From positions 512,001-576,000 of the forward strand of contig OY969934.1 of the NCBI GenBank assembly GCA_963704725.1: 64,000 nucleotides of DNA. Reading direction: 5' to 3'. The notes beneath the pieces are model-generated. The model was given only the letters and a program-made list of their open reading frames with translations. It made no database searches and was not told the origin of the DNA. The stretch is from an uncultured Actinomycetes bacterium. Lineage in GTDB: Bacteria; Actinomycetota; UBA4738; HRBIN12. The translations under genes were made by a program, and so were the position numbers. The stretch's first letter is position 1. The number at the start of each line of letters is the position of its first letter. Positions 20,047 through 27,854 of the stretch are shown here, piece after piece.

Positions 20047-20942
20047 CCACCGTCACGATCCCCAGGGCGACGCGGCCCGCGGCCTCGATCGCGCGGCGGC
20101 CCGTCCCCCCCGACGTCCGGCGGCGGCGGTTCCTGCGCGAGGTGGCGAATCACGCGCTCCTCATCGCCGTGGGGATGATGTTCCTCCTACCAGTGGTGTT
20201 CATCCTGCTCACGGCGGTGATGAACCGCGACCAGGTGCTCGGCGCCAACCTGTGGCCGAGCCCGTTCCGGTGGTCGAACTTCACGCACGTCTTCCAGCGG
20301 ATCCCACTGCTGCGCTACACGCGGAACACGTTCCTGGTCGCGAGCCTGTCCACGGTCGGCGTGGTCGTGTCGTGCATCCCGGTCGCGTACGCGCTGTCGC
20401 GGATCCGGTGGCGGGGTCGTGGGGCCGCGTTCCTGCTGGTGCTCTCGACGATGATGCTGCCGTTCCAGGTCACCGTGATCCCGCTCTACATCATCTTCGT
20501 GCGCTTCGGCTGGATCGGCACGATGAAACCCCTGATCGTGCCGCTGTTCTTCGGGGACGCGTTCACGATCTTCCTGCTCCGGCAGTTCTTCCTGACGATC
20601 CCGGAGGAGCTCTCGGACGCCGCGCGCGTCGACGGCGCGAGCGAGTTCCAGATCATGACGCGCCTGATCGTGCCGCTCGCGAAGCCCGCGATCGCCGCCG
20701 TGGCCCTGTTCCAGTTCCTGTACTCGTGGAACGACTTCTTCGCCCCGCTCCTCTACCTTGGCGAGAACCCGAAGCTGTGGACGCTGTCGATCGGCCTGTC
20801 GGAGTTCCGGCACCAGTTCGGCACGGAGTGGAACCTCACGATGGCGGCGTCGGTGCTGTTCATGCTGCCCGTGATCATCCTGTTCTTCCTGGCGCAGCGG
20901 GCGTTCGTGGAGGGCGTGACGCTCACCGGCGTCAAGGGGTAG
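20043..20942 (+). CDS. Sugar ABC transporter permease (CsnG-like); probable ATA start
   Basis: ELSDAARVDGA, SWNDF, VEGVTLTGVKG; SD GGAGG 6 nt before in-frame ATA 20043 overlapping the upstream TAG. Confidence 0.9.
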   Translation: MATVTIPRATRPAASIARRPVPPDVRRRRFLREVANHALLIAVGMMFLLPVVFILLTAVMNRDQVLGANLWPSPFRWSNFTHVFQRIPLLRYTRNTFLVASLSTVGVVVSCIPVAYALSRIRWRGRGAAFLLVLSTMMLPFQVTVIPLYIIFVRFGWIGTMKPLIVPLFFGDAFTIFLLRQFFLTIPEELSDAARVDGASEFQIMTRLIVPLAKPAIAAVALFQFLYSWNDFFAPLLYLGENPKLWTLSIGLSEFRHQFGTEWNLTMAASVLFMLPVIILFFLAQRAFVEGVTLTGVKG

Positions 20943-21999
20943 CGCGAACGCAGCTCGCGGTCCCGTGATCGGCGAACGCCGGCTGTCCCGCCGCCGTCAC
21001 CCACGCCCAGCGATAGCCGTCTGCGCGCAGGACGAGGCGCAGCACGCCGAACGAGTCGGCCTGGGCCACCTGGAGGTCCACGGGCTGCGGTCCCGGTGGG
21101 ATCGCGTAGTGGCTCCGCCCGCCGGTGCCGACGACGAACTCGCGGATGCCGCGGTCCGGGTCGGAGGCGCCGTCGGGATCCTGGGGGGACCACCGCTGGT
21201 AGTTGTGCGAGTGGCCGTTCAGGACGAGGTCGGCGCTCGCGGCGTGCAGGAGCTGCCAGAGCGGCCGGACGGCGCCCGAGGCGCCGCTGCCGGTCGAGAA
21301 GGAGAAGAGCGGGTGGTGCCAGTACGCGATCGTGCACGGGTAGTCGGCGTCCGCGTGGTGTGCGAGGTCTCGCCGCAGCCAGGCGTACATCACGTTGCCC
21401 GGGCCGGGATCGGCGGGGCCCCGGGCGGGGCCGCAACCCCCCGGCGCGAAGCAGAGCTCCGAGTTGAGCGCGACGAGATGCCAGCACGGGGACCCGGGGC
21501 ACGTCCCGAGGTCGAAGGAGTAGAAGCCCAGGCGCTTGGGCCCCTTGACCGCCCGGCCGAAGTAGCGGAAGTACCCGCCCGGGCGCGACGACGGGTCCTG
21601 GCCGTACTCGTGGTTTCCTGGGACCGGGCTGAGGTTCGCGAAGGCCCGACCCCACGTGGAGTCGAAGTACGCCGCGAAGTCGTCGAAGGCGCCGGTCTCG
21701 TACTGGTTGTCGCCGAGCGTGAGGACGCGGTCCAGGTCGCCGCCCGCGATCAGGTCGGCGGTGTCGTCGTACTGACACACGCCCGGCTCGCGGCGGCCGT
21801 TCGGCGGTCCCTGGCAGGAGATGTCGCCGGCGGCGGCGATCACGAGCCGGTCCGCGCTTCGAGCGGCAGCCGCGGGTGCCCCAGCTCCCGCCACGTCGCG
21901 GGGGATCGGCGCCGCGGCATCCCCCGTCGCGGCTCCGAACGCGACGAGCGCGACGAGCGCGACGACCAGTGCCATCGTCCGGCGTGCCGCGCTCACCAC
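20932..21999 (-). CDS. Secreted calcineurin-like metallophosphoesterase
   Basis: Signal peptide; AAGDI, LGDNQY, PGNHEY, WHHP, GHSHNY, VVGTGG. Confidence 0.88.
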   Translation of the reverse strand: MVSAARRTMALVVALVALVAFGAATGDAAAPIPRDVAGAGAPAAAARSADRLVIAAAGDISCQGPPNGRREPGVCQYDDTADLIAGGDLDRVLTLGDNQYETGAFDDFAAYFDSTWGRAFANLSPVPGNHEYGQDPSSRPGGYFRYFGRAVKGPKRLGFYSFDLGTCPGSPCWHLVALNSELCFAPGGCGPARGPADPGPGNVMYAWLRRDLAHHADADYPCTIAYWHHPLFSFSTGSGASGAVRPLWQLLHAASADLVLNGHSHNYQRWSPQDPDGASDPDRGIREFVVGTGGRSHYAIPPGPQPVDLQVAQADSFGVLRLVLRADGYRWAWVTAAGQPAFADHGTASCVRATP

Positions 22000-22400
22000 A
22001 CCCGGAACATCCCCGGGCGGTCGTCCGGGCGCCGGCCGAAGCCGTAGCGCTCGTAGAACCCCTCCGCATCCCGGGCGGCCATCAGCCCGACGAACGCCCC
22101 CGGCCGGGCCACGCGCTGGAGGTAGCCCATCACCCCGCCCATGATCTGCGCGCCGAGGCCGCGCCCGTGGTACTCGGGCACGACGATGACGTCCTGCACG
22201 TAGAAGTACATGCCGCCGTCACCGACCACACGGCCGCAGGCGACGGCCTCGCCCTCGTGCAGGACGACGCAGGCGTACAGGGAGCTCGAGAGGCCGGTCG
22301 CCAGCCCCTCGTCGGTCATCTCGCCCCATCCGGCGGTCTCGCGGAGCCGACGGTACTCGGGCACCGTCGGCGCGCGCTCGACGAGATCGAACTCCTCCAC
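21993..22400 (-). CDS. GNAT family N-acetyltransferase
   Basis: VIVVPEYHGRGLG motif A; FYERYGF. Confidence 0.9.
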   Translation of the reverse strand: MEEFDLVERAPTVPEYRRLRETAGWGEMTDEGLATGLSSSLYACVVLHEGEAVACGRVVGDGGMYFYVQDVIVVPEYHGRGLGAQIMGGVMGYLQRVARPGAFVGLMAARDAEGFYERYGFGRRPDDRPGMFRVW

Positions 22401-22567
22401 GGAGCGTCCAGTGTAGGACCGACGACGGGCGAGCCCACGCCGGCGGTCGTCTCATGCCGTTGCGCACCGTCGCCGCGGGCCGGAGGGCCCTGCCGGGGCC
22501 CCTCCGGCCGAGCCAACGTGAAGGGTCGGACGCAGGAACCAGACCCGCTGATCAAGGAGGAACGTCG

Positions 22568-23080
22568 ATGACACCCGGAGCCAAGACGGTGCACGAGGCA
22601 CACGAGCCGTTCCAGCGGCAGGTGGGCTCGATCCTGGTCCTGGCGGATGCGGTGGGCACCGTGCCGACGGCGGAGCTCGCCCGGCGGACGGGCGAGCTGC
22701 ACGAGTTCCTCGCGCACAGCCTGATGCCGCACGCGCTGGCCGAGGACTCGATCTTCTTCCCTGCACTGCGCCAGGGATCGGACGACCCCCGGACGGTGGC
22801 CATGACGCGCTGTCACCGCCAGCTGGCGCTGTTCACGGACGAGCTCGAGGCGCAGCAGGCCGTCCTGTCCGACCCCGACCGGGCGCGCGACGCGGAACGG
22901 GAGCTCAAGCGGATCCTCTACGGGACCCACGCCCTCCTCACGACCCACTTCGCGGCGGCCGAGGCGGCCTTCACGGACACGCTCGCCGGCAAGCTGTCGC
23001 CGGCGGAACGCGAGGAGCTGTTCGCGCGCATCGACCGCTATGCGGACGACGTCGCCAAGCTCCTCGAGTTCGGCGGCTAG
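22568..23080 (+). CDS. Hemerythrin/HHE-like domain protein
   Basis: SD AAGGAGG; HALAEDSIFFPAL (HxxxE), MTRCH, degenerate HFAAAE. Confidence 0.75.
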   Translation: MTPGAKTVHEAHEPFQRQVGSILVLADAVGTVPTAELARRTGELHEFLAHSLMPHALAEDSIFFPALRQGSDDPRTVAMTRCHRQLALFTDELEAQQAVLSDPDRARDAERELKRILYGTHALLTTHFAAAEAAFTDTLAGKLSPAEREELFARIDRYADDVAKLLEFGG

Positions 23081-23109
23081 CCCCCTCGATCCCGAGCACC
23101 CCCAACGCA

Positions 23110-23150
23110 GGGCCGTTCGGCCCCCTCGACCCGGGACGGTCTTTCGGTCC
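23110..23150. promoter_or_regulatory. DosR/DevR-like palindromic boxes upstream of the dsrE-tusA-hdr operon
   Basis: GGGCC-GTTC-GGCCC (23110-23123) and CGGTC-TTTC-GGTCC (23137-23150); -10-like TACGGT at 23197. Confidence 0.4.
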
Positions 23151-23236
23151 TCGGTCACAGGTTCCGGCTGTCTCCGCGGCCCGCGAGGCGCGCACCTACG
23201 GTGTGAGTCGAACGACATCAACCAGGAGGTGCCGCC

Positions 23237-23602
23237 ATGGCGGACGAGAAGCTCGTGATCATGCTGACGCACGGCCCGCAGGACGCGGAGCTGGCGACGA
23301 TCCCGTTCGTGATGGGGTGCGCCGCGCTGGCCTCGGACGTCGACTGCGTCCTGGGGTTCCAGGCCGACGCGGTCGAGCTCGTCCACGAGGGCATCGCCGA
23401 CAAGGTCGAGGCGCCGGAGTTCCCGCCGCTCGCCACGCTGTTGTCCACGTTCCGTGAGCTGGGCGGGACGCTGCTCGCCTGCAGCCCCTGCCTGAAGAGC
23501 CGCGAGATCCCGGCGGAGGCCCTGGTCGAGGGCACCGAGGTCGTGGCGGCGGCCCGCTTCGTCGTCGAGCTGACGTCGGCGACCAACACGCTCGTCTACT
23601 GA
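23237..23602 (+). CDS. DsrE/DsrF-like sulfur relay protein
   Basis: SD AGGAGG; ATIPFVMG, ACSPCLKSR, C-terminal TLVY. Confidence 0.85.
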   Translation: MADEKLVIMLTHGPQDAELATIPFVMGCAALASDVDCVLGFQADAVELVHEGIADKVEAPEFPPLATLLSTFRELGGTLLACSPCLKSREIPAEALVEGTEVVAAARFVVELTSATNTLVY

Positions 23603-23632
23603 GGCTCCGCGCGACCACGAAGGAGGAACGAC

Positions 23633-23899
23633 ATGAGCATCGTGCTGACCGAGACGGACCTGTCCGGCATCGAGGCCGGCAAGGTCGTCGACGCCCGTGG
23701 CAGCGCCTGCCCGGGCCCGCTGCTGGAGGCGAAGAAGGGCATCGGCGCCGTGGCCATCGGCCAGGTCCTCGAGATCTGGTCCGGCGACCCGCAGACGAAG
23801 TCGGACATCGAGACCTGGGCCGGCAAGGTCGGGCACGGGTTCCTCGGGGTCGCTCCCGCCGACGGCTACGACCGCATCTTCGTGCGACGGGCCAAGTGA
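23633..23899 (+). CDS. tusA: TusA family sulfur carrier
   Basis: DARGSACPGPLL (CPxP), GQVLEIWSGDP. Confidence 0.9.
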   Translation: MSIVLTETDLSGIEAGKVVDARGSACPGPLLEAKKGIGAVAIGQVLEIWSGDPQTKSDIETWAGKVGHGFLGVAPADGYDRIFVRRAK

Positions 23900-23934
23900 C
23901 CACCCACCGGACCGCGGGAAGAGGGTGAAGCCGC

Positions 23935-24378
23935 GTGTCCGCCGCCCGTGAGGCGGAGGAGACCCCGACCAGGCTGCTGGTCCTGGCCTCGCTCCTGTGC
24001 GCCTACCCCGGGATCGACTCGACCGGGCAGGCGCACATGGACTACCCGGCGAACACGTACGTGCTGCCGACGCCCGATCCGGTCATGTTCCCCGAGACCT
24101 TCTACCTGTACTGCTTCGATCACGGCGTCGACGGGATCCTGATCGCGTCCTGCGGGACCGACAGCCCCTACGAGGGCGCGTACGAGCAGCTCGCGGCCCG
24201 GATCGATCACGTGTACGTCCGGATGAAGGAGCGCGGGCTCGACGTCCGGCGGCTGAAGCTGACGGCGATCTGCAGCGTGTGCTCGAAGGCGTTCGTCAAG
24301 GAGGTCGGCGATCTCGCGGCGCTCGTCGCCGAGCTCGGCCCGGCATGCGACGAGATGCGGGAGGCGGTGCCGGCGTGA
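23935..24378 (+). CDS. MvhD/FlpD-like iron-sulfur subunit (atypical cysteine pattern)
   Basis: CAYPGIDSTGQAHMDYP, GVDGILIASC, RLKLTAICSVC. Confidence 0.8.
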   Translation: MSAAREAEETPTRLLVLASLLCAYPGIDSTGQAHMDYPANTYVLPTPDPVMFPETFYLYCFDHGVDGILIASCGTDSPYEGAYEQLAARIDHVYVRMKERGLDVRRLKLTAICSVCSKAFVKEVGDLAALVAELGPACDEMREAVPA

Positions 24379-25700
24379 GCGACGGCTCGCCGAGGCGGAT
24401 CGAGACCGACGTCCTCGTGATCGGCGCGGGCATCGCCGGCCTCCAGGCCTCCCTCGACCTGGCCGACCAGGGCCACGGTGTCCTGCTCGTCGAGCGCGAG
24501 GCGAGCATCGGGGGCCGGATGATCGCGCTGTCCAAGGTCTTCCCGACCATGGACTGCTCGAGCTGTATCACCACGCCGAAGATGTCGGCGGCGGCCCACC
24601 ACGAGGGCGTGGCCACGCTCACGTACACCGACGTCGAATCGCTCGAGCCGGCGGGAGACGGGTTCGACGCCACGCTCGTCCGCCGGCCGCGGTACGTGGA
24701 CGAGGACGCGTGCATCGGCTGCCGCCTGTGCGAGTACGCCTGCCCGGTCGACGTGCCGCACGAGTTCGACGGCCAGCTGGGGGCGCGGCGCGCCATCTAC
24801 ATCCCGTTCGGCACGGCGATCCCGCAGAAGGCGGTCGTCGACCTGCCGAACTGCATCCTTTGCGGCAAGTGCGAGAAGGCGTGCCCCACGGACGCCCTCG
24901 ACTTCACGCAGGAGCCGGAGACCATCCTGGTGCACGCGTGCGCGGCGGTCCTCACCACGGGCTTCCGGCCCACGCCCACGGGCGCGAAGCGCGAGTACGG
25001 CGGGGGGGTCGCGGCGAACGTGATCTCCGGCCTCGACATGGAACGCTTGCTGTCGCCGAACGGCCCGTACGGCCGGGTGCTTCGCCCCTCGGACGGCAAG
25101 ATCCCCGAACGCATCGCCTACGTGCAGTGCGCGGGATCGCGGGACGAGACGCTCGGCGTCCCGTACTGCTCACGCGTGTGCTGCATGTACGCGATCAAGC
25201 AGTCGATGCTCCTGTCGGGCGCCCTGCCGCTGGCAGACATCACGATCTACTACATGGACATCCGCGCGTTCGGGAAGGGCTACGAGGAGTTCTTCCAGAC
25301 CGCGCGGGCCATGGGCATCGAGTTCGTCAAGGCCAAGGTGGCGCGGATCGAAGAGATCCCCGGCGGCGATCTCCGGCTCCGCGTCGAGCTGCAGGAGGAG
25401 GACGGCCGGATCGCCGACGCCGAGCACGACCTCGTGGTCCTCTCGGTCGGGATCCAGCCCTCGGGCGACGTCCGGCGGTTCGCGCCGGTGGCGACCGACG
25501 CCTACGGGTTCGTCCGCTCGCTCGATCCGGCGCTCGACGTGACGAGCACCGACGTGCCGGGCCTGTTCGCCGCCGGCACGGCCCTCGCCCCGAAGGACAT
25601 CGTCGACACGGTGGCCGAGGCGAGCGCGGTGGCGGTCCGGGTCTCGGGGTACCTGCGAAGAGCGGAGTCGAGGCCGCTCGTGGGGGCGTCCCATGCCTGA
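24375..25700 (+). CDS. HdrA/QmoA-like flavoprotein with inserted 2x[4Fe-4S] ferredoxin
   Basis: GAGIAG, KVFPTMDCSSC, CIGCRLCEYACP, CILCGKCEKACP, CAGSRD..YCSRVCCMYAIKQ, YMDIRAFGKGYEEF. Confidence 0.93.
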   Translation: MSDGSPRRIETDVLVIGAGIAGLQASLDLADQGHGVLLVEREASIGGRMIALSKVFPTMDCSSCITTPKMSAAAHHEGVATLTYTDVESLEPAGDGFDATLVRRPRYVDEDACIGCRLCEYACPVDVPHEFDGQLGARRAIYIPFGTAIPQKAVVDLPNCILCGKCEKACPTDALDFTQEPETILVHACAAVLTTGFRPTPTGAKREYGGGVAANVISGLDMERLLSPNGPYGRVLRPSDGKIPERIAYVQCAGSRDETLGVPYCSRVCCMYAIKQSMLLSGALPLADITIYYMDIRAFGKGYEEFFQTARAMGIEFVKAKVARIEEIPGGDLRLRVELQEEDGRIADAEHDLVVLSVGIQPSGDVRRFAPVATDAYGFVRSLDPALDVTSTDVPGLFAAGTALAPKDIVDTVAEASAVAVRVSGYLRRAESRPLVGASHA

Positions 25701-27534
25701 GTGCCGGATCGGCGTCTACGTCTGTCACTGCGGCGGCAACATCAGCGACGTCGTCGACGTGCAGGCCGTGGCGGACCGTGCCGGCGCGGACGACGAGGTG
25801 GTCGTGGCCCGGCACCTCCCGTTCATGTGCTCCGACGAGGGCCAGTCCTCGATCGAGAAGGACGTCGAGGAGCTCGGGCTCGACCGGGTCGTGGTCGCCG
25901 CCTGCACCCCGAGCCTGCACGAGACGACGTTCCGCCGCGCGGTGTCCCGAGCCGGGCTGAACCCGTACCTGTACCAGCACGCCAACATCCGCGAGCAGGT
26001 GAGCTGGGCGCACGTCCACGACCACGCCGCCGCGACGGACAAGGCCGATCGCATCGTGCGGGCCGCCGTGGCCAAGGCATCGGCGCTCCGCGCCCTGGAC
26101 CGCGTGCGGGTCGCGGCCGTGCATCGCGCCCTGGTGGTCGGCGGCGGCGTGGCGGGGCTCCGGGCCGCGATCGACGTCGCGAGTCGGGGCATGGAGGTCG
26201 TCCTCGTCGAGCGCAGCGCGACGCTCGGCGGGCACGCGCTCCGGCTCGGCCGCGCCTATCCGACCGACGAGCCCGGGCGGGACCTGGTCGCGAGGCTCGT
26301 CGAGGCGATCCGGGCCGAACCGCTGATCGACGTCCGGCTCACCACCGAGGTCGTCGGGGTGAGCGGGTACGTGGGCGACTTCCGCGTCGAGGTGCGATCG
26401 GTCGATCCGAGCCGCAACGGGGACGCGAGGACCGAGGAGGTCGAGGTCGGGGCGATCGTGCTCGCGACCGGGTTCCGTGACTACGAGCCGGCCGAGGGGG
26501 AGTACGGAACGGGGTCCCCGCGCGTCATGACGCTGGCCGCCTACCAGGAGCGCCTGTTCTCCTGCCCCGCGGACGCCGATCTCGGGGCGGTGCTCGGGCT
26601 CGAAGGACCGGTACGCTCGGTCGCCTTCCTCCACTGCGTGGGCAGCCGGCAGGTCGCCGGCGTCGACGAGGTCACGGGAGAGCTCAACGCGTACTGCTCG
26701 CGCGTGTGCTGCACGGCCACGGTCCGGGCGGCGGCCGGGACACGCCGCCGCTTCCCCGGCGTCCGGGTGGTCGACGTCTACCGGGACATCCGGACCTACG
26801 CGCGCGACCAGGAGGCGGCGTACCGGGAGGCCGGCGAGGCCGGGGTCCTGTTCGTGCGGCTCCCCTCGGACGAACGCGCCCGGGTCGAGGCCGCCCCCGG
26901 GGACGATGTCTATCCACTGGTGGTCCGGGCCCGCGACACGCTCACGTTCGGGGCGGAGCTGGAGGTGCCCGTCGACCTCGTCGTGCTGGCCACGGCCATG
27001 GAGCCCGGTGGAGCGGAGCAGCTCGTCGCGATGACCAAGGCGCCCATCGGCGCCGACGGGTTCCTGTTGGAGGTCCACCCCAAGCTCCGCCCGGTCGAGA
27101 GCGCGATCCCAGGGATCCTGCTCGCCGGGACGGCCCGCGGCCCGATGGACATCACCGAGAGCACGACCTCGGCCTCGGCGGCCGCGGCCAAGGTGGCGAC
27201 GCTCCTGGCGCGCGATCACGTCGAGATGGAGCCGTTCGTGGCGCGGGTCGACCCGTCCCGGTGCACGGGTAGCGGGTCGTGCGTTCCGGCGTGTCACTAC
27301 GCCGGCGCGATCGGGCTCCAGGAGGTCGAGCTCGAGGACGGCGTCGTCGCGAAGCGGGCCTACGTGAACCCGGTCGCGTGCAAGGGCTGCGGCGCGTGCG
27401 TGGCGGCGTGCCCGAACGGCGCGATCGACGTCCAGGGATGGGAGATCGGGCAGTACCTCGCCATGGTCGACGCGATCACGAGCGAGCCGCCTGTCGTTCC
27501 GGCGAACGAGGTGGCGGAGGCGGTGACGGCATGA
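25693..27534 (+). CDS. HdrA/QmoB-like flavoprotein with N-terminal Fe-S domain and C-terminal ferredoxin
   Basis: CHCGGNI..FMC..ACTP..HE, ANIREQ, GGGVAG, HCVGSR..YCSRVCC, HPKLRPVE, CTGSGSCVPAC, CKGCGACVAACP. Confidence 0.93.
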   Translation: MPECRIGVYVCHCGGNISDVVDVQAVADRAGADDEVVVARHLPFMCSDEGQSSIEKDVEELGLDRVVVAACTPSLHETTFRRAVSRAGLNPYLYQHANIREQVSWAHVHDHAAATDKADRIVRAAVAKASALRALDRVRVAAVHRALVVGGGVAGLRAAIDVASRGMEVVLVERSATLGGHALRLGRAYPTDEPGRDLVARLVEAIRAEPLIDVRLTTEVVGVSGYVGDFRVEVRSVDPSRNGDARTEEVEVGAIVLATGFRDYEPAEGEYGTGSPRVMTLAAYQERLFSCPADADLGAVLGLEGPVRSVAFLHCVGSRQVAGVDEVTGELNAYCSRVCCTATVRAAAGTRRRFPGVRVVDVYRDIRTYARDQEAAYREAGEAGVLFVRLPSDERARVEAAPGDDVYPLVVRARDTLTFGAELEVPVDLVVLATAMEPGGAEQLVAMTKAPIGADGFLLEVHPKLRPVESAIPGILLAGTARGPMDITESTTSASAAAAKVATLLARDHVEMEPFVARVDPSRCTGSGSCVPACHYAGAIGLQEVELEDGVVAKRAYVNPVACKGCGACVAACPNGAIDVQGWEIGQYLAMVDAITSEPPVVPANEVAEAVTA

Positions 27535-27854
27535 CGGGGCCCGAGACCGAGGTCGAGGCGACCGAGCCCAAGAAGAAGCCCGGCACGATCGGGGCGTACA
27601 AGCAGCGCCACGGACCGGCCTCGCCGGAGCTGCTCGAGCGGGTCCGCGTGCAGAACCACGTGAAGGCCGCGGTGCGCCGCGCGCTCGCCGCCGGCCCGCT
27701 CACGCCGCCGGAGGTCGCCGCGGCCGCGGAGATCTCGCCTCGGGAGGCGCTGTGGACCCTCATCGCGATGCGCAAGTACGGCGTCGTCGTCGAGAACGGA
27801 CAGGAGGGCGACTACGTTCGGTACGCGCTCTCCGGAAAGGACCCGCGCGCATGA
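27531..27854 (+). CDS. Small winged-helix protein embedded in the hdr operon
   Basis: ATGA overlaps at both ends; GPLTPPEVAAAAEISPREALWTLIAMRKYG plus beta-wing. Confidence 0.7.
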   Translation: MTGPETEVEATEPKKKPGTIGAYKQRHGPASPELLERVRVQNHVKAAVRRALAAGPLTPPEVAAAAEISPREALWTLIAMRKYGVVVENGQEGDYVRYALSGKDPRA

